From: an uncultured Chloroflexia bacterium | Lineage (GTDB): Bacteria; Chloroflexota; Limnocylindria; Limnocylindrales; CSP1-4 | Reading direction: 5' to 3' | Length of the DNA stretch: 64,000 nt | NCBI GenBank assembly: GCA_963734535.1 | Contig: CAVTHS010000010.1 | Location: 288,001 to 352,000 of the forward strand | In this document: positions 63,175-64,000 of the stretch, piece by piece | Numbering within the stretch: the first letter of the stretch is position 1 | How the letters are laid out: each line of letters begins with the position of its first letter | Made by a program: the position numbers and the translations under genes | Notes under the pieces: model-generated | Databases searched by the model: none | Told to the model about the DNA's origin: nothing | What the model saw: the letters and a program-made list of their open reading frames with translations, nothing else

Positions 63175-64000
63175 ATGGCCGACGATCCAGACGCAGCGAC
63201 CCAGCCGACCGGTGAGGCCGGGCTTCGGGCGCTCGTCGAGGGCATCCCCGGCGTGGTCTACCGGCGTCAGGCACGGCCGCCCTGGCGCTTCGCCTACCTG
63301 AGCCACGCGGTCGAGTCGATCGCCGGGTACCGGGCGACGGACCTGGTCACCGCCGGGGCGATGCCGGACGCGCTCCTGCCGGCGCCCGAGGACGTGCCCG
63401 CGTTCGCGGAGGCCGTGGCCGCTGCGGTCAACGCCGGCCATTCATATGCGCTCGAGTACCGCGTCCGTCACGCGGACGGGTCCACGCGATGGATCGCCGA
63501 TCGCGGCCATCCCGGGGGTGGCGGGAGCATCGCCGCGACCTGGATCGACGGCGTGCTCTTCGACATCACGGAGCGCAGGCAGGTGGAGCTGGTGCGGACC
63601 GAGGGACCGGCGGTCCTCGAGGCGCTCATGAACACGACCCCGGACCATGTCTACTTCAAGGACGCGGACAGCCGCTTCACGATGATCAGCAGGGCGTTGG
63701 CGACGTCGTTCGGCCTGGGCGATCCGTCGAAGGCGGTTGGCACGTCCGATTTCGACTTCTTCACGGAAGAACACGCGCGGTCTGCATTCGAGGATGAGCA
63801 GGAGATCATGCGGACGAGCGTGCCCGTCGTGGATCTCGAGGAACGGGAGACGTGGCCAGACGGCCACGAGACGTGGGTGTCAACGACCAAGCTCGCCCGC
63901 ACCGATCACGCGGGGAACGTCGTCGGCACCTTCGGGATCTCCCGCGACATCACGGGACGCAAGCAGGCGCAACGGGAGCTTCTCGAGGCCGAGGGTCGAT
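63175..64000 (+). CDS. multi-PAS signalling protein (partial, runs off the window; absent from the ORF track because it has no stop)
   Basis: MADDPD...LVEGIPGVVYR...EYRVRHADGSTRWIADRG...FDITER; second PAS PDHVYFKD...GTFGISRDIT. Confidence 0.85.
   Translation, partial: MADDPDAATQPTGEAGLRALVEGIPGVVYRRQARPPWRFAYLSHAVESIAGYRATDLVTAGAMPDALLPAPEDVPAFAEAVAAAVNAGHSYALEYRVRHADGSTRWIADRGHPGGGGSIAATWIDGVLFDITERRQVELVRTEGPAVLEALMNTTPDHVYFKDADSRFTMISRALATSFGLGDPSKAVGTSDFDFFTEEHARSAFEDEQEIMRTSVPVVDLEERETWPDGHETWVSTTKLARTDHAGNVVGTFGISRDITGRKQAQRELLEAEGR

Overview
Very GC-rich (about 70% or more by eye) bacterial chromosomal segment. Gene content and protein style suggest Chloroflexota, possibly Limnocylindria/Ellin6529 (inference). 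Many genes, including the essential rpoD, carry 1-nt frameshifts, which points to uncorrected long-read indels rather than real decay. In order: propionyl-CoA carboxylase/methylmalonyl-CoA operon (pccB-accC-BCCP-mutase-epimerase); parA-parB preceded by two DnaA boxes; a UbiA/acyltransferase lipid cluster; a LiaF-like/PspC/GIDE/LemA envelope operon; xfp-ackA; an RlpA-like gene with a structured leader; tRNA-Asn; a convergent GT4/GH130 pair; an XRE-HTH plus nuclease-like gene flanked by 16-17 bp tandem repeats; dnaG-rpoD (sigma has a ~180 aa insertion, and four TTGACA hexamers lie upstream); a rhodanese/SnoaL-TusA/DsrE/LAL-regulator sulfur-relay locus; a coproporphyrin-type heme operon; TetR/F420-type enzymes; an ABC exporter; and a c-di-GMP signalling cluster. 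The heme operon is headed by an HTH plus globin-like regulator, has two tandem hemE paralogs and lacks hemY. Best candidates for undescribed biology: the heme operon, the repeat-flanked HTH-nuclease cassette, the sulfur-relay locus and the TTGACA array upstream of dnaG-rpoD. No CRISPR array, prophage or transposase was seen.
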